This document shows, piece after piece, positions 35,410-48,000 of a DNA stretch of 64,000 nucleotides (position 1 is the stretch's first letter; each line of letters starts with the position of its first letter). Made by a program: the position numbers and the translations under genes. The notes under the pieces were generated by a model. The model made no database searches and was not told the origin of the DNA. It worked only from the letters and a program-made list of their open reading frames with translations. Origin of the DNA: Phaeosaccion multiseriatum (taxonomy: Eukaryota; Protista; Ochrophyta, other classes); the NCBI GenBank assembly GCA_965112735.1, contig OZ218952.1, positions 3,100,001-3,164,000 on the forward strand, written 5' to 3'.

Positions 35410-35510
35410 GGCTGTCGGCTTGGGCTGTCGGCTTGGGCTGTCGGCTTGGGCTGTCGGCTTGGGCTGTCGGCTTGGGCTGTCCCCTTGGGCTGTCCCCTTG
35501 GGCTGTCCCC
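35410..35510. repeat. 13-bp minisatellite: 5x GGCTGTCGGCTTG then ~3x GGCTGTCCCCTTG
   Basis: Directly visible tandem units between two convergent genes. Confidence 0.9.
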
Positions 35511-35676
35511 CTCTCAGTCCATCCATCGGACTTGCTGCCCATCCCAGGCCCGAGCCATGCATTCCTCCCAACGGGTGCTCATATTATGTATGTAATGCTC
35601 ATATTATGTACGTATTCCATTGGGCGGGAACATTCTCTTTCAGGACGAGGGGGTCCTCCCTCCCTCTTTCCCACGG

Positions 35677-35882
35677 CTACCGAGAAGAAGGTAGCGGCTT
35701 GCTCATGTCTGCGACTGTCATCCGCTTTCCTCCTCCTCCTCCTCCTCCTCCTCCTCCTCCTCCCCGGGACCGCTTTCGCCCACCACCACCGCCGTTCCAC
35801 CGTCCACCCCCTTGTTCGTCGTCTCGATATCGCTTCTTCCCAAAACCACCTCCCCTAGATCCAAAGCCTTGCTGCCCATATG

Positions 35883-35931
<49 letters not shown>

Positions 35932-38717
35932 ACTCACACCTCTAGGCATGACAGCCCTGCTGGGCAGGCCTCCCTTGGGATCCACCGTTCCCGAAGGCCT
36001 CTCCACCAAGATATCAGCCGAAGTGGCGAGTCGTAATAGCACGCGAACCCACTGCCCCGCGGGACCCCACTTGTCCGATCGTTGCTTGATCATAATGTGC
36101 CCAAGCCTCCACCCCATTGCTCCGACATCGCACACCTTCTCTGCTGCCCTTGCCACTGCCACTGCTCCTTCGTCTTGTTCTTGCTCGCCCTCGCTCTTCA
36201 CTGCTCCCACCACTTCTTCTGCCGCCACGGGAGCATCTGCTGTGTCTGCTGTAGCGCCATTCACCGCTGCTGCTGCTGCTGCAGCAGCAGCAGGATCAAC
36301 ATCCACAGCCTCGTCTCCTTCCGTCGACGTCACAACAGACGGCTCCGATTGTTCGTCCTCCCCCTCCCCCGCCGCCCCTTCCTCCTTCACCTGTGTCCCT
36401 TTACCATTCCCTTCCATGCCATCATCATCATCATCACCACCACCGTCCGCTGCTGTCCCCATCGCTGCGGCTTCCTTCTGGCTTTTTCTCATCCTCCTCT
36501 CCAGTTGCAGCCTCTTTCGCTCCGCCTCTTCCTTCGCCTCCTTCTCCAAATCCAGCACCACTTCAGCAGGCACGGGCGAAGGCAACGCCCAAGACTTGTT
36601 ATCCAAAGCCTTTCGAGCGTCTTCCGCATCGGCGAAGCACACATTGAAACTCCAGTCATTGAGCCATTCGATGGTTCGCACACCACGGAAGTAGGCTCGG
36701 ACGTCTCCGCCACGCATCTGCGCACACACCGTCTTGTCGAGGGCCATGAGGTGTATCTTCTCCGGCACGGTCACGGCGCTCTCTAGCGGTAAGAAGGAGC
36801 TCTCTGTCGTCTCTGCTGTCGTCCCCGTCCCGGGAGGGTCAGCTCTGTCTGGGTCATGCACAAAGATGTCCCTGGGCAAGAGCTGCAAGAGAGAAAAAAC
36901 GCACGACACCACACAACAAAGCATCCACCCATCCGTCCGTCCATTCGAAGGAGAGCAACAGAAGAAGCAGTTTTGCGGCAAGTCGCGAGGAGAGCGTCAA
37001 ACACAGGAGAGCCCTCTGATGGCCAACAGACCCACACACCCACGAGAAAGGAAGGCAACATCGACGTCCGATTCGCCTACCACACCCTACCGTCCTCCTC
37101 GCCCCCCCCCCCCCTCCTCCTCCGCCTCCTCCTCCTCCTCTCCTCCTCCTCTTCCTCCCCCCCCCTCCTCCTCCCAACCAGGCTCTCACCTTCATATCGT
37201 CGAGATGCGTCTTCCACGCCGTCTTTTGGCCAAACCTCGACGCTCTCTTGCTCATCTTATCCTCCTCCACCATCCCCCCCTCCAGCTCCACATCCACCAC
37301 CCCCACCCCAGCCCCGATCTCCTGGCGCTCATCTACCTCTAGTCCAAACCTCTCGGCTCTGGCCTTGGCCTTGCTTCGCTCGTCCTTACTCTCCCGATCA
37401 ATGCCACCGTCATACACCTGAAAGGTGCTAATCTTCTTGGCCAGCGTGTGCGGTAAGAACAAGCGCACATCTGGTACTTCGTAAGGAGTTCCGAACTTTT
37501 TTGCTCGCGCCGCCCTCTTGTCGCACGTCTCCCCAAACGAAGTCAACGCCGCGTCGACTTGCTCCATCTCGGCCTGCGTAAGCTCTTTCGGCAGACACCC
37601 GGGCACTTTGACCAGCCCACCTACAGTGGTGAGACTCGTGGTCAGCCCTTTACCGAGCGGGCCCTCTTTAAGCTCAGCCATAGGTACGGCCTGTAAGGTG
37701 ATGTCCTGAATGGCGATGGGATGGCGCATACACGTGAAGGCCACGTGATGCACCGGCATGACGGGTTGCCTCCCCCCCGCCTCCCCCTCCTCTCCAGTGC
37801 CGCCGGTGCCGGTTCCTCCCAGGGCTCCATCAGCGGTCATGACTGTGTCCTGCCCGACAACATCCCCCACGCCGAAGGAGATGATGCCGTCGGCCATCAC
37901 GAGCCAGTACGAGGTGAACTGTCCCCAGGAGCACACCATGGCAGGGACCTCCACGATGGGCTTACCGTGCGAGCCCCGCTGCAAAACAACATTCAACCAG
38001 CACAACACGGGGGGTGGGGGTGGGGTGGGATGAGGTGCGGTGGGGGCGGTGAGGGTCGAGTACAAGATAGAGACGCAAACGACAGACATCGTCAGGCCCA
38101 AGCACTCGGTGCTACTGCTGCTTGTTTTTGCTGCTACTGCTGCTGCTAGGGTCTCACCACTCCTAGCTACTGTGGCTTCGTGCTGCTGCTCCCGCTGCGA
38201 GGGTCTCACCACCCACCTTGATGGCCGCCCTCATGTTGCCGTGAGCGCCCACGTGCAGCTCATAGAAGTGGTTCTTGCGGGCCGCGGCGGGGAAGGACAG
38301 CGCGATGACCAAATCCTGAGCCACTTGGGCCTGGAAAGTCACCACCACCCCGGCAGAAGCGCCTAAGAGCCCGGGGTACACAGGATCACCTGGGCAGATG
38401 GGTAACTCTGACCAGGTGCCCTCGTAGATACCACCCCTCCCCTCGAACGAGGTCTCTCCTACGGCGATTGGTCCCACAGGGCCCTGCGCAGGCTCGTCCT
38501 CTGGCCTCTTTTGCTCCTTCTCCGGATGCTGCTTCGGCTCCTGCACCTCCACGCCACCGGAAAGGAGAAGGGGCTTTGTTCTCCGCCCACCCTCCTCCCC
38601 CTCGTCCTCGTCATCAGCTACTGCCATTGTTGCAGGCGCGTCTCCGTTGATAACCTCCTCCTCCACTGCCTCCTCCCCGTCCTCCATCGCAGCATGGGCT
38701 GCTTCTGGTGCTGCCAT
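35677..38717 (-). CDS. NCBP3 (DUF2414)-like RRM protein with N-terminal farnesoic-acid O-methyltransferase-like domain and RAxRFG motifs, 3 exons
   Basis: PEKIHLMALD...DVRAYF..IEWLNDWSFNVCFADAEDARKAL and LLRLATSAD (NCBP3-like); YELHVGAHGN...FTSYWL...ISFGVG (FAMeT-like); RAKKFG, RAERFG, RASRFG. Confidence 0.75.
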
Positions 38718-39081
38718 CGTCGTGTGTGTGGAGGGAGGAAAAGGAGATGAGGGTGGGGCTTCCCCCGGTAAGAGAGTTTGAGTTTGAGACAGCCGCACCA
38801 ATCCTAAAGCGTAAATTGTAAATTGTTTCTCTACCTGCGGGGAAGGGGAGGGGAGAAGCCGGTTGTTGCAGGGACCCATTGCAACGGGGGCGTCCGTAGC
38901 GCGCCTGCTGTCCACGCAAAAGCAGGTCCGCCTGCGCACAGAGGATCCGTACTACGCCGGCTGTCCACGCATAAGTTAGGTCCTCCTGCCCACCGACAGA
39001 GGATCCCCACCACTCAAGATTTCTTGCCCCAGTTGCTTCGAGCTTGGCGCAGGATAGCTGCAGTACAGCCGGCAGCAAGCA

Positions 39082-40767
39082 ATGACAGTGCGGCTGGAAA
39101 GGTGCCACGAATGCTCTAGCTCCGACATCATCACCGACTTCCGGGCCGGAGATGTAATCTGCAGGGCCTGCGGAGTTGTGCTGCAGGGGAGGATTATTGA
39201 CGAGACGGCGGAGTGGCGCTCCTTCACAGACGGAGACTGCGTCGCCAAGAACCAGAGCCGCTGCGGAGCTGTTACGAACTCTCTCACTGGGGATGGCGGG
39301 CTTCAGACCTTCATCACGCAGGTCGCAGGAACGGGCTCGGGGAACGGAGCGGGCGGAAGGGGGGAGGGGGCGAGCGAAAAGCGGGAGAAGAGAGACTCCG
39401 AGAGGGGGGCTTTGCAGCGGACGGCGGCCAAGTCCAAGCTCATGAGCGCGGCAGAGCGCAACATGCTGACGTGGTACGATCGCGTGAAGCAAATGTCCGA
39501 CTGCCTGGGTCTGCCCAGCTCCGTCGCGGAGGCCGGTGCCCAACTGCTCAAGACTGTGGAAGAGGCAGGGCTGTTCAGGAACAAGGGCGGGAAGGGTAAG
39601 GCCGGGGGTAAGGGTGGGAGCGCAGCAGGGGACGCCATGTGTGGAGCGGTGCTCTACCTGGCCTGCAGGCAGCACGGAGCGGCGCGGACGCTCAAGGAAG
39701 TGGCTCCGGCAGCGGGGGTGACCAAGAAAGACATTGCAAAGTGCTTCAAGAAGATTGAAAAGAACATGGTGGGCGTGGATAGGGGTGTGGTGAGGGCGGA
39801 GAATCTCCTGCCGCGCCTCTGCAGCGTGCTGGGAGTAGACGCCTACGTGTCTCAGGGCTGCAAGCACGTGGCCGCCCAGGCGAGTCGGCTGGATCTGGTG
39901 GGCGGTATCAGCCCCCAGGCAGTTGCCGCAGCGGCTCTGTACATGGTGCTACATGCGACAGCGGCAGAGAAGGTTGGTACTGGTGGCGGTGGCGGGGGCA
40001 GCAGCAGCAAGAGCAAGGAAGGACCTTCTCTGCACATGACGACGTCGTTTCAGGACGTCCTGCGAGTGTGTGCGAGTCCTGAAAAGTCCACACGGAGCGT
40101 GTATCAGACGCTCTTCCCCCACCGGGACAAGCTCTTTCCGCCGCACCTCCAAAGCACGGTTGCCTTCTGCCCTGCCGAGATACCCTCCGCTACTGCTGTT
40201 GCTGGTGTTGTGGCTTCGATTGGCGGCAAGAAGGGCGTAAAGGTCGTGAAGGCGGCGAAGAGAGAGACGGGCGACTCGTCCGCGTCCACCAGGATGGTAC
40301 CGCACAAGCAGCAGAAGAAGCAGTTGGTGATACAGCAGAAGCAGCAGTTGGTGATACAGCAGGAGGGTGGCGCCAAGAGGAAGGCGGCGGCTCTGCTGGA
40401 CGGGGTGAAAGACAGAAAGGTTCTGGAAACAGCCCCCAAAGTGACTGTCTCTGCCCCCCCCAAGGGGAACAAGAGGAGCATCTCTGCCCCCCCCAAGGCG
40501 ACCAAGAGGAGCAGAATGAGACTTCCTGCCGGTGGCAACAGCAGCAGCAGTTGTAGCAGCAGTTGTAGTAGTAGTAGCAGCAGCAGCAGCATCAGCAGCG
40601 GCAGCATCGGCAGCATCGGCAGCAGCAGTAGTAGCAGTAGCAGCAGCAGCAGCAGTAGTAGTAGTAGCAGCATCATGAGCAACAGTGGCAGCAGCAGCAG
40701 CAGCAGCAGCGCGGGTGCCCTCCTGACCACGTCCCTCATGGCCCCTCCTGTGGCGCAGGGAGCGTGA
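39082..40767 (+). CDS. TFIIB-family transcription initiation factor, intronless, with long basic/Ser-rich C-terminal extension
   Basis: CHEC...GDVICRACGVV zinc ribbon, IIDETAEWRSF B-reader, LYLACRQ...RTLKEV and SPQAVAAAALYM cyclin folds. Confidence 0.93.
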   Translation: MTVRLERCHECSSSDIITDFRAGDVICRACGVVLQGRIIDETAEWRSFTDGDCVAKNQSRCGAVTNSLTGDGGLQTFITQVAGTGSGNGAGGRGEGASEKREKRDSERGALQRTAAKSKLMSAAERNMLTWYDRVKQMSDCLGLPSSVAEAGAQLLKTVEEAGLFRNKGGKGKAGGKGGSAAGDAMCGAVLYLACRQHGAARTLKEVAPAAGVTKKDIAKCFKKIEKNMVGVDRGVVRAENLLPRLCSVLGVDAYVSQGCKHVAAQASRLDLVGGISPQAVAAAALYMVLHATAAEKVGTGGGGGGSSSKSKEGPSLHMTTSFQDVLRVCASPEKSTRSVYQTLFPHRDKLFPPHLQSTVAFCPAEIPSATAVAGVVASIGGKKGVKVVKAAKRETGDSSASTRMVPHKQQKKQLVIQQKQQLVIQQEGGAKRKAAALLDGVKDRKVLETAPKVTVSAPPKGNKRSISAPPKATKRSRMRLPAGGNSSSSCSSSCSSSSSSSSISSGSIGSIGSSSSSSSSSSSSSSSSSIMSNSGSSSSSSSAGALLTTSLMAPPVAQGA

Positions 40768-43403
40768 GGAGTGGAGCGGAGCCATGTTGGGATGTTGGTT
40801 ATCTTCTCTGACGTTATCGTCATCTGATGATCCGACTGATCGATCCCTTTGCCCGGTTCGGTCGGTCTCTTGCAGACCACCATCGAAGCCCCACCGGCGG
40901 TACCTCCGTTGTGTGGGTGCATTGCATGTCGGGTGGATCAACGCAAGAGTGGACCTTGGACCTGCTTCTTCTGCTTGTCCGAAAGGGAAGGAAACACGCA
41001 CGCACACACAGAGACACACAGGTTGGTCCGTCGTCCGATGGCATGTGTTGGGTGTCTATTGAGCATTTTGAGATTTCGGCCTATTCGTATTACTTCGTCA
41101 GGGGCGTGGGGGCAAAGGGAGAGGGAAAGGGAGAGGGCACGGAAGGGGTGAGGAGGAAGCATGTACTTATTTTAAACTGTTGGCGGGCGGCGAAAGCGCC
41201 TTCGCTTTCTGAGGCAGTGAAGACTTCCTGTGGGCAGAGGGGGGGGGGGGGAATGAGGGTGGGAGCGATTGACGTGGTGGAAGGCGTTGGTACTACGAGG
41301 ATCTTGGCCTGTACCTGTGGTACGCGCTCCCCCACTCACGAATACATATGTACATACAACTCGCCGCTTACACCGTTCCTTCCTTCCCTTCCCCCCAAAC
41401 CTCTATGTACACCTCTACCGAATATGCGTTACGTTCTCCACCTACCTACTGGGTTCTTCAGTCGTCGGTTGCCACAAATGGCAGCGGATGTGAGCGGTCA
41501 TTTATGCATACCTCTTCACCACCGTGCCTTGACCTTGACAGCGGCAGCCGTTTCAGCCGTTTCGTGAGTGCAGTGCATCGCCAGGATACCCTATGGCGAA
41601 TCAAGGGACAAAGGGCCATGGGACCAGGGGACGGGCATGCGTGATTGCGAGACTCCTCCGCCTGACGTGCCGCTGCCGCTGTCTACGGTTTCTCTGGTGC
41701 GGTTGGGTAGGCTCTGCTTGTGCTTTGCTTTGCTCTGGTCTCGGATCGCCGCTGCCCCGCTTGTGGCACAATGGGGCTTCTGCGGCTTTCTCTCTCTGTC
41801 TGTCTCTGTCTCTGTCTCTGCATCATGTCTTTCCCTCCACCTATTGGAAGGCAAGGAAGATGGATGTTGAAACGTCGTCCGTCCTGTCGGGGCAGAGTTT
41901 GACCGTTTCATTTCGCTGGAGTAGATGCTGGGGGGGGGCGCACTTGCGGATTGAAACAGAGCCCCGGAGCCCCGCTGCCCGTGAGGTACTTACGTTCGTA
42001 CTTACGTACATACGTCAGGCGACCGAGGCGGTGAGCGAAGAGAGAGAGGAGGGGGCTTGGCAAGGTTCTGATTTGTGGATGCAACCCTACAAGCCCACGC
42101 CCACCGAATTGATTTATCATCGGAAGGGAGCATGCATGGCATGTACATGCATTGTGTGGAGGAGGAAGAAGCAAGAGACCTCAGCAGCCGGCATCATCCC
42201 GAGGGGAGAGGGGACAGGAAAAGAATATGCAGCACCAGCACCACCACAAGTTTGTGTTTTCCGCGTTGTGTGCGCGGTTCGCTCATTCGACACTCTTGTT
42301 GACTTGCTGACAGTCGTGCCCAAGCCGCTCAGTGGATCAACCGAGGGCCATTTGATTTGAGCCTATGGGCCTTCCTTCGCCCAATGGGTTCCCGGTTTCG
42401 ATGGAGTGCAACGACCGCGAGAACTTGGCGCGGTCACTGGTACGGTGCTTCGGCGCATGTATATTCATTCAGCATTTCGAGGGTATTCTCGCGGGTTGCC
42501 TTTTTCATGGCAGAAGCTTTTGGCTGGTGGGCTTGTTTCGTTCGGCACAAGCAGCGCAAACCAAGAGCTTGTACTTAGAGGGCGTTTGTCTGCTTGGAGA
42601 GAGAGAGAGAGAGAAGTGTGTCGCAGCGGCATTGAGGGACATGATGCGAGAGACGGAGAGAGAGAGAGAGAGAGAGCGAGCATCGCAGCGCTGCACCGGG
42701 ACGGACGGATGGACGGGAAAGATTAAATTGCCGCTTAACGCTGGCCCCGTCTTCCGTCGTCACTGTTGAGCGCCCTATACGCTGCCACCCCTCGCCTCGC
42801 TCAGCCCCTCCTCCCCTCCTACTCCTCCTACTCCTCCTACTCCTCCTCTGTGGCTGTGGAGCCTCTCTTGTGCTTCTTGCGTCGGCCCTGGGAGCTCTCA
42901 CCCGACCCGCTGTGCACTGGGCTGGGCTCTACAAGGCCCCCAAATCCCCACAAAGTGGGAAGGAGCAAGTAAGGTGACAGTGAAGGGAAGGAACAAGTGG
43001 ACCGTCGAAGAGAGGTGATGGCGGGTGGCGAAGAGAGCTTCAGATGCAGTACGAGGACGGGAAGGGAACGGCCATGTTGCGTTACCGCAGGCCCTTCGCC
43101 TTGCCCTTGCTTGTCCTCTCCTGACTGAGCACCGCCCCTGTTGTACCGTACGCGCTACTGCTCTTCTGCGCCTTACTCACACCACGCCCCTCTCCTTCCC
43201 GAGGCGCCGCCTGTGGAGGTCTGCGTCAGCTACACAGTAGATTAATATCATGTATTTGTCAATTTAGTCTTGATTTGTCAATTTACTGCGTGCAAATAAG
43301 TCAACCAAGCAGCCCCATTCCCTTGTCCCCTCGTCCTCTCCTCGTGAGTTGCAGCGCAGACATCGTCAGCACTCGCCTACAAGGGCGCTCTTACTGCTGA
43401 ACC

Positions 43404-43881
43404 TTATCCTCTTCCGCCCCCCCCCCCCCCTCCTCCTCCTCCTCCTCCTCCTCCTCCTCCTCCTTTGGTCTGATCCGCCGCCACAGCCGCCACAGCCGCC
43501 TGCAACTGCTGCAGTACCACAGGCTCACACGTCCCCAACGCCTCCTGAAAGCGCGCCGGCCCCACTCCTGCGGCACACTCGTCCATGCCTTGCTTCACAA
43601 AGACTTGGAGAGGGGAGGTCACCACGGGGTCTGCGTGCAGGGCCTCGAGCAGGCGGGCTTGGTGAAGGTCTCGGGCGGTGGCGGATGAGGCGTCGTTTTC
43701 TTTGTCTTCCGCTGTGTCGTCCGCCTGTGGGAGATGGAGAGGGAGGGATGGAGGGAGGGGGGGGTCATGGGTGAGAGAGATGGAAAGAGAGAGACGGGAG
43801 AGGGACAGACAGGAAGGGTAAGACAGAAAGGGGAGAGGGACAGACAGACAGACAGACAGATAGACAGACAGATAGACAGGC

Positions 43882-43958
<77 letters not shown>

Positions 43959-44680
43959 GGCGCATTGTGTGTGTGGTAAATGTGAGCTTCCGCCCGCAAG
44001 CACAGGGGCCCAAGAGCGCAACGCTTTTTTTATCTTGCAGCTCGTCGCAAAGACTCTTTAGCACAAGGCCAAGGCTTTCTTTGTGCTGCTTGCTTGCTTG
44101 CTTGCCTGTGTCATTCTCCTGAGCCTCATGTCCAGCGTGCTGCGATCGATGCGCTCGAGCTCCGACAGACTGTCCACACACACATCGACCACTTGACTCA
44201 TCTCGAGCATGGCACACGGCAAGCCGAAGGACAGGAGCTTGACCTGGAAGGCGTGTGGGGGGGGGGGGGTACGTGAGTAGGCAGATAGGTACGCAGGTAG
44301 GTAGGTGGGAGGGGGGGGGGTGGGGGGATGGGTGAGTAAATAGGTAGGCAAGTGGGTAGGGAAGGAAGGAAGGAGGTAGGTAGGTAGGTAGGTCGGTAGG
44401 TAGGTAGGTGGGCGGGTGGGTGGGTGGGTGGTTAGGTGGGCGGGTGGGTGAGTGGGTGGGTAGAAAAGTATGTAGGTGCGCGTGTCCATTCCACTCGTAA
44501 ACACACCCACACACGACACACACACACACATGCACACACATACCATACACTCTTACCATGCACATTGCCCAGAGCTTCCTTCGCCATACGCCCGCGGCGC
44601 TGAAGCCTGCACTGTCGAAGAGGCGCAGCATGAGCCGGAGGATGGTGGCCAGCACGGCGTTGGCATCAGAACCTCCCTCT

Positions 44681-44725
<45 letters not shown>

Positions 44726-44969
44726 TGCTGTTGTTGCTGCTGTTGCTGTTGCAAGAGACTCATGAGGGCTTGCGGGGCGGATACGAGCACCCTGGCCACG
44801 AGGGAGAGGTTTGTGACAGTTACAAGGTCTGTTGAGTGCCCGTTACCGCTGCCGCTGCCGCTGCCACTGTTGTCTTCGGCCGTGCACGCCTGGAGGGGTA
44901 GACGGGGGGGGGGGAGTAGAATGAGTGAGTGAGTGAGTGAGTGAGTGAGTGAGGGAAGGCACAAGACAC

Positions 44970-45011
<42 letters not shown>

Positions 45012-48000
45012 CCCTTGCCTGCATGAGCACGGCGAGCACGCCCCCGTGCAGAAGCATGTTGGCCCCGTCCTGGGGAAAGGAGCGGAGGATGCTCTCCACG
45101 GCCCTCGCTACATAGCCAGCCCCCTTGGGCATCACCTGCAGGTGAGTGAGTGGTAGTCAGTGCATGCATGTTCCAGTTTCAGTTTTCAGTGTCATAGAAG
45201 TTTCAGTTTCAGACTCAGTTCTCGGACACAAACAAATTATGGTTTTAATCCCAAGAGATCAGCGGATCAATATTTGGGGTGATGGTGATAGATGCTTCCC
45301 TCCCTCCCTCCCTCCCCTCCAAAGTACTGCCCACGTGCCTCTACATCCCTCCCTCTCCTCAAGCTCCCCATATGCCTCTATATGTATATATCCCTCCCTT
45401 CTTCCTCTCACCTGCCCGATGAGAGCGACGAAGACCTTGCAGACGACCTGTCCATGCCCTTGCAGGAAGGCCTCTCTGCCAAGCACCACGTAGGCTTCGG
45501 TTACGAGCATGCACAGCTTGGAGGAAGGGGGAGGAGGGGAGGGGAAGGAAGGGGAGGGGAAGGGAGGGGGAGGGGAGGGGAGAGAGGGAGAGGGGGTGGG
45601 GAGAGGGAGGGAAGGAGGGAGAAACGGCGAGAGGGAGGAAGGAAGGGAGGGAGGGAGTGAGGGAGTGAGGGAGGGAGGGAGGGACGGAGGGAGAGAAGAG
45701 GGACGGGGGGGAAGGGGGAATGTCCCTGTCCCTCCCTCTCTTAGACTGCCCATATGCCTCCACATCCCTCCCTCTTACCTTGAGATGCTCCAAGTCTCCC
45801 GCCAAAAGCAGCTTAGGAATGGCGGGATAGAGCTGGTGAAGCTCAGGTGTGTAGGCAGGACTACAGCCCAGCAACGCCTGCCGACGAGGCGGGCGAGGGA
45901 AGAAGGGAGGAGGGGGAGGAGGGCGGGGACAGGGAGGGAGGGGGTGGAGGGGGACGAGGGGGAGGAAGGATGGGGGTGAGAAGAGGGAGGAGAGCAAGGA
46001 GGGGGGGGGGGAAGGAGAGGGCGGCGAGAGAAAACTAGGAGAGAAGAGAGAGAGAGAGGGAGAGACAGAAGAGAGAGCGAGCACGAGAGACAGAGACAAA
46101 GAGAGCGAGATGGAAGAGAGAGGAGAGAAGAGAAAAGAGAGAGAGGGCAAGCCTACCAACGTACCTTCCACAGCGCCAGACCGCCGCTCATGAGATAGAC
46201 GGAGTCAGCATGGTCAGCGTCTGTGGCCACGCTGAGCATGGGTAGCAGCAGTGGGTAGAGGGAGGTGGCGGCAATGCCCCCCCCCACTTGCCCCCCCAAG
46301 GCCTGAAGCAGGGTGGTGAGAATGTCCAGACAGACAATGCGCAGAGGAGACTGCTCAGCAGCAGCGGCCCACACCGCTGGGAGCTGCGAGACGACGGCTG
46401 CGGCGTGGTATGCCTGGATGAGGCTCACACTCACACTCGGACCACTGTTGCTGCTGCTACCGGCCCCCGCTAGCTCCTTCCCGTAGTGTGGTTGGGATGG
46501 GGTCTCTACTTCAACTTGTCCAAGCAGGGAGAGGGCCGTCGAGAGGGTCTTTAGGACTTGACTTCGGCTCTCAAACTCTTCCAAGTCTGCAAACAAGGCG
46601 TAGAGCGCCTCTATGAGCTCTCCGAGGAGGGGAGCAAGGTGTTCGGCTTTAAAGGCCCAGTCCCCCATCAATGAGTCAAGCGCCCCTACTGCAGACAGAC
46701 GCAGCACGGCATCGCCCCCTCCAGCACCAGGCCCTGCCGCTGCCCCTCCTTGTCCTGCTGCTGCTGCTGTATCACCAACTGCTGCTGCTGCTCCTGCTGC
46801 TGCTGTCGCTGCTGCTCTATCACTACGGCCGCGTATCACCTTGTGTGTTTTGTATATGTTGTTTTTGAGATTGGATGTATAAATGGAAGAAAGAGACGAC
46901 AAGAGACGCAAGGACGAAGGGATGAGATGATCACACAAGAGGGGTCAGCAGGAGTGGAAGGGAGGGGTGTGCTTAGGGGGATGGCAGTGGATGGGGGGGG
47001 GGGGGGGGGACAGCGAAGCGAGGAATACGATCGTCAAAGTGTCACCCTATCCTACCCCATTCCGTCTGATCCTAGAGAGATGGGATAGGTCTCACGTTCA
47101 TCCACTGCCATCCCCCCCCATCCACTGCCATCCCCTGACCTGCACCAGCATGCCCAGCAACCCCGGCTCAAGCTCTGTGGGCACTGCCTCTGCCCAGCAG
47201 CTGATGAGCCACAACAACCTCCGCAGCAGCACGGGAGAAGCTCCGCCCTGCGGCCCCTGGGGGGTGGGTGTAAGCATGTCAATGGGTGGGTAGTCAGCCA
47301 ATGGGTGGGTGGGTGGGTTGATGGGTGAGAGGGTGGGGGGGTGTAGGGACCAGGGGTTTCCGTCTGGACAAGCCCGACAACCCTACTCAAACCCACCCAC
47401 TCAGTGCAGTCACCCCCCAACTTCTTCCAGCGGCGAGAGACTCCTCTCCCCGTAGAGGTAAGAGTCAGCACCCCCCCCTCCTGTCCACTGCCCTAACCTG
47501 CAGCAGCGCACTTGGTCCCTGGCTCAGGCAGTACTGCAAAGCGGGTCCAATCTGAGCCTCGAACCACTCTGTAAAGTCGAGATGCTTTTGCAGAGCGTAG
47601 GACCCAAGTCCTGACGCCAGGTACACGGCATCCGCAGACAGTACACTGTACGAGTCTTGGGCTATGGGAGCGGAAGACGAGAGGGAGGGAGGGAGATAAG
47701 GAGGGTGGGAGGGGGAGAGAGAGAGAGGGAGAGAGGGAGAGGGAAAGGAGAGGGAGAGGGGAAGACATCCGGGCAGGCAGGCATACGGGCAGGTGGGCAG
47801 GAAGACAGGCAGACAGGCAGACAGGCAGACAGGCAGACAGCAGCGGGTGGTAGGCAGGAGGGAGGAGGCGGGCCGCTAGATATAAGGGGCAGACCGGCAG
47901 GCAGACACATGGGCAAGCAGGAATATGGGCAGGCAGGCACATGGGCAGGGAAAGACGTACCCTTGAGCACATCAACGAGACGCGTTTGCTGCACCACTTG

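Noticed and set aside
4421-38717. Functional cluster of RNA-metabolism genes (R3H, LSM14, CCCH, NCBP3)
   Set aside because: Interspersed with unrelated genes and drawn from a large functional class; chance is a sufficient explanation.
40800-43300. Possible gene between TFIIB and IPO11
   Set aside because: Some exon-like stretches, but no consistent spliced frame or recognisable motif.
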